Assembly: GCA_000708835.1 (NCBI GenBank)
Contig: DF236972.1
Location: 186,001 to 250,000, forward strand
Reading direction: 5' to 3'
Length of the DNA: 64,000 nt
Source of the DNA: Klebsormidium nitens
Taxonomy: Eukaryota; Plantae; Klebsormidiophyceae
How positions within the stretch are numbered: position 1 is the stretch's first letter; each line of letters starts with the position of its first letter. Position numbers and translations under genes: made by a program. Of this stretch, positions 23,801 through 42,800 are shown in pieces. The notes beneath the pieces are model-generated. The model had not been told where the DNA came from. It worked only from the letters and a program-made list of their open reading frames with translations, and ran no database searches.

Positions 23801-26800
23801 GATTTGACTCTAGACCACAGCGTTTGGAAACGACCGGCAATACCGGCAATCCGGACGAAAAGGTGAAAGGCGTCGCTGAAGGGGAAACAAGATGTAACTA
23901 CTTGGCAACTGACAGTAGAATCAGACTGCAAGAACTTTGGTGACAGGGCTTTGATCATTGAAGACCTGGACGAAGACAGAACGAGACAACTCAAGTCGAC
24001 TGTGTGTCAAAGCGCCCTGTTCGAGCGCCTCTGTTCTCGAAAATACGATTCATCATGAACGTCTCAAAAAAGTGAGCTCCATACATTTGCTGAGCTGGAA
24101 GAGACGGAGCAGACAAACCAGTGACTGGACAAGGTCGACGAAAGAAACGGGCATGCAGGAGAGGTATTTTGGCGTCTCGGTTTGGCAGCGCTCAGTGGAA
24201 GAAGAAGTCGTTTTTTGAATGCCCATGGTGCAAGCACCAATCGCAATCATCCTTTTCAAGGCGGATTACATCATAGCGCTGCCAAGCTGAGATTTGAGGT
24301 TTGCCAAGCACCAAGTGAGCTGCATCAATAATACGAATCTGCACTGACGGTTTGACAATCCAACAGACGAGGCTGTGTAACGAGAGAAGCCATTCGTTCT
24401 CAAAAGCAAGATGATTATTCCAGAGATTGCCAGGCAAAGTAACCTAAATTTTGAAGGGGAGCAGGCAAAGCATTATGAAGTCAAAGCAAATACGTGATTA
24501 TGTTTGCAGGGTTTGTCTCTGAGAATCTCCAACCAGACTCGGTCTTTCTTGGACAGAGCGTCATGCTTTCAGCAAGAACAATCTTCTGTCCAGCCGCCTC
24601 CTTACGAAGATCACCTCAAAAACCTTTCAACAACTCTCTCACAGTGGCAGTCCGAAAAGCCCAACCATTCTCACACACACAGACCCCAACCTTACCTGCT
24701 GAGGTCGATCTTCTGCTCTTTGACCAGGTGGTCCAATCGCAGCGGCGTGGAGACAAGGATGTCGCACGGGGATGCCGCAAAGTCGACGCTTGTGGCGGTG
24801 GCCTTGGTCATGATGCGCGCCCGGAATTTGCGGCCCTGGATCAGCTTCTTGAGCTCCCGGTGCGTCTGGAGCGCCAGCTCGCGGGTGGGGTTGAGGATGA
24901 TGGCGTGCACGCCGTCTTTCGAGGGAGCCTGCAGGCGAACCATCAACTTGAGCGTGGTGCGGTTGAAAAGTTTGTCCTAAAGCAACTGAGCAGGATGCAC
25001 AGTTACCAGCCGACTCGTGAGAGAGCGGAATGAAAACAGCCTGAGATTACTGAATGCAAAATCCAAGAATTTTGATGTTTTTCCAAAAGCTCTCTTACTG
25101 ATTCCGGCAGTTAGGACCAGCCCAATGCGCCTTGACCAGATCTTATGACCGGCAACGACAACAGCTTTGCAATCGTGACAAGAGTTGAGACCCTGGCTCT
25201 GGTTCTTTCAACCCCAATATTGTCGAAGAGCATTGCAGAGTAACAGCACATCGAAACCACTGTTCAGCACAACCTTAAAGTTGAGGCCACCACCAAAGGG
25301 GACAGAATCAATCAGCCCACAAGTGCACTCTCGCCTCACCTTCAGGCTCAACAGAATAGGAAGCAGAAAGGCCACCGTCTTGCCAGAACCAGTAGGCGCA
25401 CAGGCAAACACCTCCAGTCCCTGCACAGAAGGTTCCGAACACAAGATGAGTGAAAAGCTGCCACAGCGGTAATGGTCTAACAGCATGCTCTTTTGAGACA
25501 GCCAAAGCAAGAGGATGATACAAGCAGAATACTCAAGCCAACGGCAGAGGTAGTGGCAACAGACCAAGCTGAATTGATCAGGGAAACATCGTAATCAAGA
25601 GCAGAAATGCACTACCCCTGAACTATCAGTCACTCTCAGGAGCAAAGTCATAGGTGACAACTCACCTTCAGCATCGCTGGAATGGCCTGTCTCTGGATAG
25701 GCGTTGGCTCCGAGTATCCACTCTCTGCCAAGTTATTTAAGAGGTACCGCGGGCATGAGAAGAGTGTGCGGAGCTCTGAAAAGTTGGCGAGGGGCGCAGG
25801 GACCCCCTGGGAGGGGGCGACCTTGATCTTGAACTCTTTTCTAAGGAGGGCAACCCTCTGCATGCCAGAAGAATACTGTCAGACCTTTATTCCTACACGT
25901 TTTCTTGTGAACCTGTTGAAGTGGACAAGCCAACACAACTGAATCTTCGCTACCAACAAGCGAAACTTCTATTTCGAGAATGTGATCAACAAAGCCAAAC
26001 CACAACCTTGAATCACAACGATGGAAAGTAACTCTTCCGAAGCTTCTTCGATGGCAGAAAGGAAAGCAAGCCTGCTCTATGAGACGATGAACCCGGCTGT
26101 GCAATTAACGACAACAGGTTTCAAAGTAAGTGGGTTTGAGCTGCATACCTCGTCATTTGTCGTCTTGCTCTTCGGAAGGAGTCCGGCATCGTCAGCGGCT
26201 TTGGCTGCAGGCGAAGCGCCACCACTGGTCCCAAAGATCCGCACGGATCCATCATCTGCAAAAGGCATTCAGCGTCAGACAATTGGCAAGGAAAGACGAT
26301 ATACGATTGGGCAAAAATAGCGAACAACCAACACACCGAACACAATGCAATTTTGAGCTTCTAACCAACAAGAAGGTGCAATGCTTCTTCTTGATGCTAG
26401 GATCAAAGAATCAGTTACTGCCAACCTACAATCAGAAACTGGTGGGTCGTGAACGAAGAGTGGATATTCTTATCGCACTTCTGAACTTAGACTCTACCCG
26501 GAAGGCTTTGATACAAGCAACCACGGCACAGGCCTCATTTGAAGAATGATTCAAGCATGATGGTAAAGGTGGTGGGTACGGAGTGTATCATTACCTGGCA
26601 AGTCTGGAATTGGCGCACCCTTGCGCTTCTTCTTGGAACCCCCAGCCCTCTCTGGAGCCTTGCCTCCAGCAAGCTCCACACCAGTCTCTGCTTGCACTTT
26701 TGCCCTCTTCAACGGTCTCTCAGCACCAGTCAACGAGCTCTTTGGAGCCGCCGTGAAGTCGAGAGTGATGGGTTGAGACGCAGAGCTTCCAGGAGCAGGG

Positions 26801-27886
26801 GCTTTCTGCGAATAAGAAAACTTGGATGTCAGACATATTTTCCCCCACTCTTGTTGATATTCCGTTTTGGGATCTCCCCCTATCTTGGACAACGCATACA
26901 GCGTCAATGGTGGTGGTAGAAACAAATGAGTGTAGACAAAAGGTTCGATCTTCTCCAATAATTCTCTGATATTTTGCTGGCATGAACTACGAACTTGGTC
27001 TTTCGACATTGAAAAAGACCAACAGAAACTAACGTCCAAAGTGGGACAGTTAGACCGAAGTGTTCATCAGGACTATGTAAGTCAGCCAGGAAAGAGGAGC
27101 AGAAACCAGAAGATGTACGAACTTCTAGATGTTTAGAAGGTTTTAGTGTCGGCTGCATGGTCTGCCCAAAGAGGTAAGTGCGACAACGACGCTCCTCACG
27201 GTGATGGAATATGCAGCCTGCCCCCGCGGAGGCGTGCGGCCCACCCTATTTCTCCGAAGAGCTTTCAAGGGGCCGCTGCCTACAACGCAGGGGTGGTTTT
27301 TGTGTGACGTTTACGCTGGACTATACGGCGTAGAATGCCCGCACCGGAGTGCGGGCTAACCGCTCCGATTGCGCGAGGTAGCAGCCAGGCAGACTACTAG
27401 ACTCCGTCAGTAGAGACAGACTTTGAAGACATGCGAAAGGAAGGCTTTGTGTACACCCAATTACAACACAAAGGCAAAACATTGCAATAAACTGTTACAT
27501 GTTCCAATATACACACATCTGTTCAGCAAAAGGGAGGAAGGAGCATTGTTCAAGGTTCAGAAATCCCGCAACAACCGTTACCATGCTGTCTTCTTCACTG
27601 CGCGAATCACAAACCTAAACAGACAGACAGAGACGATGACTGATCGACACCGAGGGCTGATGAAAAAGTGGTGCAAGAACAAACGCTTTGCCATATCTTC
27701 TCCCACTTCTACACTCTTCTTTATGCACAAAACCAAATCCATTGCAGCTCAGCTCTATTGACCTCAGATAACAACCAGAAGCTCATTCCACACACAAGTT
27801 GGACAAAGGCTTACATTGAAAAGCTCAATCTCCTTTTTAAAGCGCCGCCGGTCGAAATGCAGGCCCGCAAACAGCTCTTTCTCCAT
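17846..27886 (-). CDS. ROK1: DEAD-box RNA helicase ROK1/DDX52 (rRNA processing), 13 exons; first 27886-27815, last 17906-17846
   Basis: N-terminus [17 protein letters not shown]-motif [84 protein letters not shown]-terminal RKPISTVP. The junctions I traced are GT-AG and in phase. Confidence 0.95.
19745..19795. repeat. Intronic ~26-bp tandem duplication (tgtcagaaa.t.tagcaaaggactc x2)
   Basis: Read directly from the sequence. Confidence 0.75.
22573..22646 (-). repeat. Intronic copy of the acceptor and first ~65 nt of the ROK1 DEAD-motif exon
   Basis: 22573-22646 versus 22401-22474: 4 differences in 74 nt. The copy encodes [21 protein letters not shown]. Confidence 0.95.
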
Positions 27887-28312
27887 CCTGCGCTTGCGTC
27901 GCAATCAGCCACGAGAGATTGAAGGTGACGCCGAAAAGGCGAAGGTGGCCCAGTCCCTTGGCGCACTGGGACCCGCCAAAAGAGGCGCCATGTCTTGGGC
28001 TGCTACCCTCGTGATCTGACCCTCTGGTAGTTCTGCTGCACGTTTATGTACTGCGAAAACTGTCCAAGAGCTCCTTTCAAGAAATCATCCTTGTGGGTTG
28101 TCCGAAGGATCCGCTTATGGTTCCGTCCAGCTTTCTCGACCATTGGCATGCGCTTGACTTCAAAGTTGTGGCGAGCTGATCAGCACTGGTGCCAGCAGCT
28201 TCCTTGTCAATGTCATAAGAGGCCGTTCAATTCAGGCCCCTGATCCAAATCTTATAAGGAAAGGACCCTTGTTACTATCCATTGAAATACGCATCGTTCG
28301 CAACAGCTAGAA
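27887..28312. promoter_or_regulatory. Probable bidirectional promoter for ROK1 and NSI
   Basis: Divergent ATGs at 27886 (-) and 28313 (+). Site-II-like GGCCCA and TGGGCT occur near 27947 and 27996. Confidence 0.5.
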
Positions 28313-34615
<6,303 letters not shown>

Positions 34616-36182
34616 CACTGGCAATTTCCACCGACAGCTCATTTGCTGGCACTACCGAGGCAGGTCTCGACGGACCTTGAAATACTTTGAGTGACAGGTC
34701 TCCAGTTCGCTACATCCTGCAAGAAACATCATTTGCTAAACCAAAGACGCAAAAGGATGCTTTACGTTACAAGCATAATGGTTGATTTCAATGATGCCTC
34801 TTGGATTCAACTCCTTCGTTGCTATCTCGAGCAGCTCGCCTGCGCCTGCATTGCAGACCATCTGCTGAGACGCCTTCAATCTTACAAAATCCCCCTTCGA
34901 GGTTTGAATCACCTTCAGGGCCTGCTTCCATGGAGTGGTCACCGCCCACCAAAGCGACTTTCCTTACAGCTCATGTCTTGTGTTTCTTGGCCTTCGAGGC
35001 AGAGGAACCGTGTCTTTAGGTAGAAGCTACTCGCGTGTTACCCTCTGCTCGCTGTTCAGTCCACATCGCTGTTACTAAACAGCGATATCTTATATGGAAG
35101 ACAGAAGCTTATTCAAAGTTTAACTGAGTTACGTGTACGAGAAAGATATTCAGCGCGTTTTTGGTAAACACGAGTAGTTTAGCTTTGAAGAGTGAGCGGA
35201 CTTTTTTCGGAGCAGCTCAAGTTCGACGAGTATACAGACTCCGTCCATCCAGCTGAAAAAATGGTCAATAAAAAAAGGACGACTTGTAATAAAGAGGTGT
35301 CTCATCAGTGTGTCATTCCTTTTTGCGTTTAACGGTTCGCGCTCGGCGTTGTTAGCCAGCAGCTCCTTCCGCCAGCTGGCGGGTGCTCTGGTTGCACGGC
35401 GGCTGGCGAGCCCAGTTGAGTACAGTCAGAATTGGCTGACGTAACCAGTCCGCCGTCACTGGAAGATGCACTAATCTGGCTGACGTTGAAATAGAAATTG
35501 GTGCTGAGCTGAACCCCCAAAGGTTGATATGCAGTTTTCTATCCACATGCAATTTTTACTCTTAACAGCTAAACGAAGCGATGCTGTCCTTTTCTCATTA
35601 AGCTTTACACGGCTATGACGGAACCACACTTGCTGGAACCGGGACTGTTCCAGTCATCTTTGGACGCCCTGAGCCGTCCGTCATTACCAGAAACTTGTAC
35701 GTTGCAATAGACTTTTTGCAGCTTGCCGATTGAAACCAAAATTTTGCATGTAACTACGAAAGGGAACCTTTGCTTGGAAATCCAAACGCTGGAATACTCA
35801 TTCAATTGATTGAGCGTCCGTCCCCAAGCGTTTGCGCTTGCGTCGCCCTTACTCTTACACCCAATCTTGGCGGCCATGATGCACGAAAAGTGACCACCAA
35901 GAAAGTCACGAGCATTGCTGTTGTCGAAAAGCAGATGTCATCATGTACGCTTCTTCACAAAATCAGCGGGCACCTCGCCTCAACATATTTGTACTTCTGC
36001 TTTGTCTGTGTGTGCGTAGTGGTCTGCTTATCTTCGACCACTCTCATTGATCAAGGGTTTTAGGGTATCCGACAAAATCGCTTCACCTCAGCAGGTCGAG
36101 ATACACGTGTAAGGGCGCTCGATGAAAAACTCGTCGCTTGTAACATGACTCAGACATTGAATGCAGTTGTCTTGAAAACCCG

Positions 36183-36273
36183 GAGATCTGTACGTCGCTG
36201 CTTTCAGGCTTGCTACGGCTAGACTGGCAGGCTCGACAAGCGAAACTTGAGCGGTACGCGTCCGTCCCAGGCG
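36183..36273. repeat. Dispersed ~90-bp repeat, copy A (copy B at 39763-39854)
   Basis: ctgctttcaggcttgctacggctagactggcaggctcgacaagcgaaa versus ctgctctcaggcttgacacggccagattggcaggctcaacaagcaaaa. Confidence 0.8.
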
Positions 36274-38504
36274 TTCTGGGCGCACTTTTGGGGTCTTGCA
36301 TCTTGCTGCCTGGACTCATTATTGTTCCGTACTCTTTTACGTGTCTGCAGTGGACCGAGTTTCTTTTATGTAAGGTGATTATGTCGAAGCAGAAACGAAA
36401 AAGCGGCGCAGGTCTTGTGCAGCGTCTGCCATCCAACGAGCGGTACTGCTAAGTGGAGCAGGACAAAAGGCTCACTCGAGTTTCCCTGGAGCGCGCTTCT
36501 GTCCGCAATCTTTGGGCGGAATTTGCAGACACGGCTGTTTGAGATTCTGCACATGCAGACTGTTTTTCGGACTGCGGTCTTTGTCCTCAAGTTTCTGATC
36601 AGGGAACTGGCACGGTGTTTTGCCGGTCCGTTCCTGCATTTACGGAACCTGTGCCTGGGCAATCTGTTCACTAAGCCGGCTGTGAGGGAGTCATGGGAGT
36701 CATTGACGTCATCCATTTCGTGGTGCTCCCCAACCGATGCCACTTATTATCGACCGACACACGTGCCAGAACACGTTCCACTATGCTGTCCCTTACTAGT
36801 GAGAGGGCAGTCTGTCTCTGTCCATTTCGACTTGGAGTCTGCAGAGGTCTGGCTCACGATTAACTGCACGTACGCAAACTCAGGAAGTGCCGGTCTCCAA
36901 TCTGCGTCTTTTCTTGTCCATCGACTTCCTTTCGAGACTTTCCTCAATTACGGTACGGGGCAATGATTTGAGTTAGCACCGCCACTTGAGGTCACACTCA
37001 ACGGGTGGGATTCCGCGGGACAGCCTGCAGCCACATCATTGCGGATTGATTTTCGTGACGACTTGCACTTTGCTGGGAGAAGCCCGTTCGAGTGAGTGGC
37101 AGTGACTCGTGGCTCTCGTCAGTGTCGTTGTTAGATGCGTCGCTCGTTGGCTCGGTTTTTCAGGTACTGACCGTCAGCAACGGATACCCAAAGCAGAGGC
37201 ACGTCCGAAATTCTCATGGATTTCAACATTTTGTATCATGCCAGTCTCTTCAATATCAACGCACTATGGCGGCTCTTTAGGTTTCTTCTCCTCGGCTTCT
37301 TGATGTACTGGGTGATTAGTTGTTTTCTTAGACAACGTCCCGGGAACGCGGCTTTGATGGGCACGTTTGTGGGTGTTTTTTTCTCATAGAAAGAGTCCAT
37401 CTGTCCTGACGCCGTCATAACTTGCAATTTGCAGGCCAAATCATTGTTCTGTAAAGCATATGGAAGTGGTATTTTTACATCAAACAACACTTCAAAAACG
37501 CTTTCTTCTTGGCAAAGGAATCTCGACTCGTACCACTCAAAATGCTAGACATCATGCGACTCGGCTGCAAAGCAAGCGCGCGTGTTGGGGTGCTTTCAAA
37601 TATTGTCAAGCTAAATAGGGTGCTCGCTTGGGCTTTTGGGATTGGCAAGCACAACTCACAGATTCGTATATGACGAATCTCATTTGCAGCAGTGGAACAG
37701 AATCCAGGAAAACTGCTCTTTGCTTGCAAGCCTAGCTAGCTTCTCTCGAAACCCACATGGCCCTTTAGTCCACCTGATTCCGCTCGTTTTGGGGAAAGGA
37801 AAGCTGACCCGGGTTTTATCAACCAGAAACGTTGAAGAGCGTCAGTTGCATGCGTGCCCACGCTTTACAAAGCGTCTGATCCGGTGCCCTTTAGTGGCGG
37901 ACGTCGACACGGTTGTTTGCTTGGGTCGTTCCTGCAAGAAGCCGTTCTGACTTGAGTGTTTCGCTTCTTACTTTTCCCATTTGTTGAGACTGCGGAGTGG
38001 GAGCTCTGCGTTTTATGATTGGGCACAGGGACGTAGATATCTCAGAACGTTGCAAAAGGATTTTTTTTCGAATAAGTCTGTTAGAACTCACAGTCCGCTT
38101 CAAAGTTTTGCTGGCTGGCTTTGAAGGCTAGTTTAGCTTGAAATCGAGTCCGGTGATTGCGTACCAAACTAGACTTCAATCTGGCGGCTTTTTAATTTGA
38201 AAGTCCGCCTAAAGTGGACGAGGATTGAGCTCTACTGAGCTTCAATTTCGTTCAGGCCAGTGCAGTCCTTAACCCGCCTTAACCCAGACCCTAACCGGAA
38301 AGTTGAGCTTTGCGCGGCCAGTGACGACTGAATGGTATCTCGACTGGCTGCCACTTTCCTCTTCGTCTGCTTTAATGTTCACATGCACGAAGCTCTTCTT
38401 TTTCTCGAGCTTCCTTTCCACAGTACGGGCAGAGAATAGGCGTTCGTCTCGAAACCAAGTAGTTTCAAGCCCCTACGATGCTCGGAGCCTCTTTTCCTAG
38501 GGAT

Positions 38505-38770
38505 ACGAGATACTGTCGTTTCCAAAGTCCGTTCAGATTCGGAATGCTATTGCGGAAAGGGCATACAGATCTTACAACTTTTCCGTTCCTTGATTCACGA
38601 GTCAGTGGGGCAATGAAAGGACGGACGTTACCCTTAAAGCCAAGTATCTTCAGCCCAGTGCAAAGTTCGGAGCCATCGCTGCTACGGAACACAGTGCGGT
38701 GTCTGCTAAAAGTCCGTTCAGATTCGAAATGCTGTTTGCGGAAAGGCCACACAGGTCTTACAACTCTTTT
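38505..38770. repeat. Direct repeat with 185-bp spacing, core aaagtccgttcagattcg.aatgct.tt.gcggaaagg
   Basis: Cores start at 38524 and 38709. Confidence 0.85.
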
Positions 38771-39762
38771 GCTCCTCATTTCGCGAGAATGCTCCGACGC
38801 CCAAAGTCTCCCTCTCTGTGGACCGTTGCCAAAATTCATGTGTATTTAGAAAGGAAGGTCAATCTGTACAGTCATATCCAGTGCCACTCTCTTCCAAGCA
38901 CCTTATTTCCCCAGCGTTTCGAAAGTTAGACGTCTCTTTTAAAATGGACCGGATTAGCACCGCTGATTTAGTTTTGCCGTACGTCGTCTAATTTGTTGAG
39001 CGTATTTCACAGAAGCGCTGCTGTGCTTTACCTTGACGTCCTCGGCCTTTGTCCTAGTAACCTCTCAAAAGTCAACTTTGACCTTATATCATCTGTTACA
39101 GAATGGCTATGACGATAACCCGGGTGGGACTTTTCTCTGCGCCCACTTATCATTTCTCTTTCGATGCCAGGGTCGCTTCAATTCATCGATTGCCGTTTGG
39201 CGAAAAGGTCCGCCTGTAAGAAGTAGTGCACTTCGCCGCCACAATGAGCCCTTTGGTGTGCAGTTCTCTATCTAAGGCTCGCCGCTTCTTGCTGACCCTC
39301 GCGCTGGATCCTTCCTCGCCCTTTCTCTTGGATTCTATTCAAAGATGGTCCTCCATTTTTTCGCCGGCTTTGGTTGCTGCTTTTTTTACAATATGTCCAG
39401 TCCGTTCAAGCGCTTGACGAGCGTTCGACGGCGCCCCTAAATCTAGGGCCCCTTTGGATGTGTTGTCTTATTGTCGTGTCGCCTTGCGAGAGGTATGGGT
39501 TACGTGGGCTTTAGCTGGTGATTGGGCTCTTCACTGCGTTTCGTTACATCGTTCTTGCTCTTCAGTCGGACTTGGCGGCCATGATGCATGGAAATGACTA
39601 TTCCAAAGTCACCACTGTCTCGAATCTAGGAATCAGATGTCGTCATTTCTTCCACAGGCTTCCGCAACATGCATTAAATGCAGGTTATGACTGGTTCTCC
39701 TTAGACTGCATCTCGTGGTTTTAGAATATAGGACCGCTGTCTTCTGATCTTGTGAAGATTTA

Positions 39763-39854
39763 GAGAGCCGTACAGCGCTGCTCTCAGGCTTGACACGGCC
39801 AGATTGGCAGGCTCAACAAGCAAAAGTGGAGCCTTGCGCTGTTTGTCCCAAGCG
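39763..39854. repeat. Dispersed ~90-bp repeat, copy B
   Basis: Same orientation as 36183-36273, roughly three-quarters identical by eye. Confidence 0.8.
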
Positions 39855-42800
39855 CAACATTAGTTTTGATAACACCGCGAAACAACAAAGGTCCGAGTTG
39901 CTGGTCGTCACGACGGCTCCATCACATTGCTTGCGCGCGCGCCTTCTATTCAGCCGCCTGATTGAAGTGTGCCGCCCTTTCGCTGCTTTGATTGGTTCTC
40001 GCGATGGGCTTCAAATGAGCAAGGCTGTGATATGTGAAGCGCCAGTTGTTAGAAGCTCTCGAATAGATGGCGCTCATGACGCCACACTCTAGGACATGCC
40101 GGCTCGGGTGACCTTGTTGTCATGCTTCTTGTGACACTCCAGTGTCATATGGGACGGCTAGCAATATGCAGCTTGGTCCGTCGATCAAGCTCTTACGCCT
40201 TTGTCCTTTCCGGCGTCCTTGGGCGCATTCATTTTTGCACTTCTCTAGTTCACTTTGCGTGTCTTTTCACATGTTTAGCTATTCATCTCCTTTGAGCACT
40301 AGAGGCTTGCCATGCATTGCTGCTTGGATTGCACTTCGTTTCAACAATCTTTGCCACTACCAATCAATATGCCGCGTCTGAATGTGTCTTTGCATTGGAG
40401 AGGACGTCGCCAGATTGCCGCAAAGCTCAGTCGCTTCAAACTTCTTCGTTAAGCACAGTCTGGCCCTGGTTGACCCAAATCTGCGTCGCACGCTCGCGCA
40501 GACGATGTGGGGGCGCGCCCGAGCCTGGCCCATGGCCATAATAGCGTACACCTTAGCAAAATTTCCCGTTCAACGAGTTCGGGTTTCCCAGAGTTGAAGA
40601 CTTGCTTCTCGTCGTCTCACACTACAACTTGATTGCTGCAGTTGGCTTCCTGACGTGATATTATCATTGCAAATGCAAATCCAGTCCGAGGGAAAAGTCG
40701 GGTGCAGTCAGCATATGGCTCACGCGTGATCAGACGGGTGAGTAGGCCATAATTTCGGATATGTCGTCCATACGTCTGGACAGGCGTTATCCTTCAGGCT
40801 TCGAATCCTGAGCCACTCTTTGCTGGTTGAAGCTTTTTATTCGGCGCAGTGCCTGCTGATTGCCTTCCACTCGCGCATGATATGAGTGGAACAAGGAAAC
40901 CTCAAGAATTTGTCTTCCAACGTACTCGATCAGCTCGCTGTTATAACGGGCCAGTGACGAAGCTTCAACACTTGGCCCTCTGACGGAGCCTAATCTGATG
41001 AGTTGCCAATGGGAAGAACTCCGGTGCAACATTGCGAAGGTCCTGCCGGCGCCAGCATTTGATCCGGCATGAGGGAGGTTAGATTAGCATCAGACTGATT
41101 GCGCTGTGCTAGGCTAGGAAGCGGCTAGATCTGAAGTGCACCTTCAAAACAAACGCAAAAACTTCGAAGAAGCAGGCCTCTAGCAATGCATCTGAACGTT
41201 GGACATACTCTGCACTCTGCAGTCGATCCCAACCTCTACTTTAACGGCCATGATGCACGTGGGTCCCCGGCAGTGGACTACGTCATGACTCAGAACATCG
41301 TACCGTTGGGCAGAGGGTGTTAGTTTTGATTCCAATTTCACACGTCAGCCGCACTTATGTCATGACAATGGAATGAGGCTTTCTGTTTCTTCTCCGAGCA
41401 ACTTGGAAGGGCCAATTCTCGTCTGCTTTCCGAGGGGTTTCTTCAGTGTCGAAAGCCCGGCCAAATCCTTTGGAGCCATATAAGTACTCACGTGAGCGCT
41501 TTGCCAGTAGACCTGAACGGACGTCGGCCCTTGGGCCGCTGTATTGTTGATGCTTGAGATGGGCGGTTGGCTTGCTGGATCTGCAATCAGACCGCCCAGA
41601 CCGTGTGCCTTACCCAACGCGCGCGAGCGTTTGAAAATCTGAACCGTTCCATCCGGGTGATGGACCGAGTTGCTTCCACCTTCGCTTTGAGGTGGGGGGT
41701 TGTAATTGATGTAATGACTCTAGCTCAGATGACTAACTCGGATATGGCAACCCTGTGCGACCGGAACTTGCAGCACTCGTGTGGCGTTGATGAGCTGGCA
41801 GGTCCAAACCGTGAGTATTCCGAACTCACTTGGCCTTTTGGCTTGCTGAAGCCACAGCTGCTGATGAATCTATCAACGTCTTGTGTCGCTCGGAACAATG
41901 TCGCGACCCGACTTCGTTATTGACAAACGCCCGGCCGCCGGGCCATGCTTGCGCACCTTTCAGTTGTTATGGTGATGCAAAGGCTCAATACGACCTGTAC
42001 TTCATGAGATCATGAGATCCATGCATGCAATCCATGTGTTGCCATATTGAGGGACGTAATTCATTTGAGTCTGCTCGCAATGTGAGGCCGACCCATGATG
42101 GGTCAATATCGGAGCTTAACTGACCACACCCAAAGCTGGTCTTATTAATGTTTAAGGCGTACTTTTTGACCCTGCATCTGTTTGGCAAAAGCCAGATTAG
42201 TATGATGTTCAGCTAGAGCAGGAAGAAGGCTAGGATGGAGACATAGATTGAAGCACGTGTCACTGGAAAAACACCAGGCCTCCTGACGTCTTGACATTTG
42301 TAACCACGTCAGCCTGTTGCAGTACCAACCAAACCGAGCTGCGAGAAGCGCCCAAAATAATTTTGGAAACTGTTTCCAAAACGTACGTCGAACTTTTCAG
42401 AGAGCTTTGCGTACTGGTTATGCAAACGCGCACGGCCGTTAGTAAGGAATTGCCCTGGTCCCTCAAGCGCGCTAGCCCGTCAAATGAAGCTCCGAATACT
42501 GACGATTCCTTCCATAAGTTGATCATCGAGTTATCTGTACCCCTCAGTTCAAGGTTCTGTTCCGACCACAAGTCTCGTCCTACCGGTCCGGTTAGGATGA
42601 TGGTGGTTTTAACATGTTCAGATTCTGTTTGTCAAATGGAATATAGTGAGCCGGGTATGACGCTCAACGTTCCGCGTGCTGGATGTGGGAGTTCCTCATC
42701 CACCGGTTCTCTAGCACGATCTTGTCATTTCCAATGAGAATTCGCGTGCTGTGTTGAGAAATTTTCATCTAGCAGGCGTGTAGTTTTGCCACGCACTTGA

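Noticed and set aside
27260-27300. Partial resemblance to a TPP riboswitch 3' end (gcct..cgcagggg)
   Set aside because: The conserved UGAGA and CCUGAU elements are absent
38268-38298. Telomere-like ttaaccc/cctaacc runs (similar ones at about 8150-8195, 9195-9320, 63290-63385)
   Set aside because: Short and irregular; most lie within coding sequence and are explained by Pro/Leu/Asn/Gly codons
40794-40811. tRNA T-arm-like tcagg-cttcgaat-cctga
   Set aside because: The loop has an extra base, and no acceptor stem, D-arm or anticodon arm could be built
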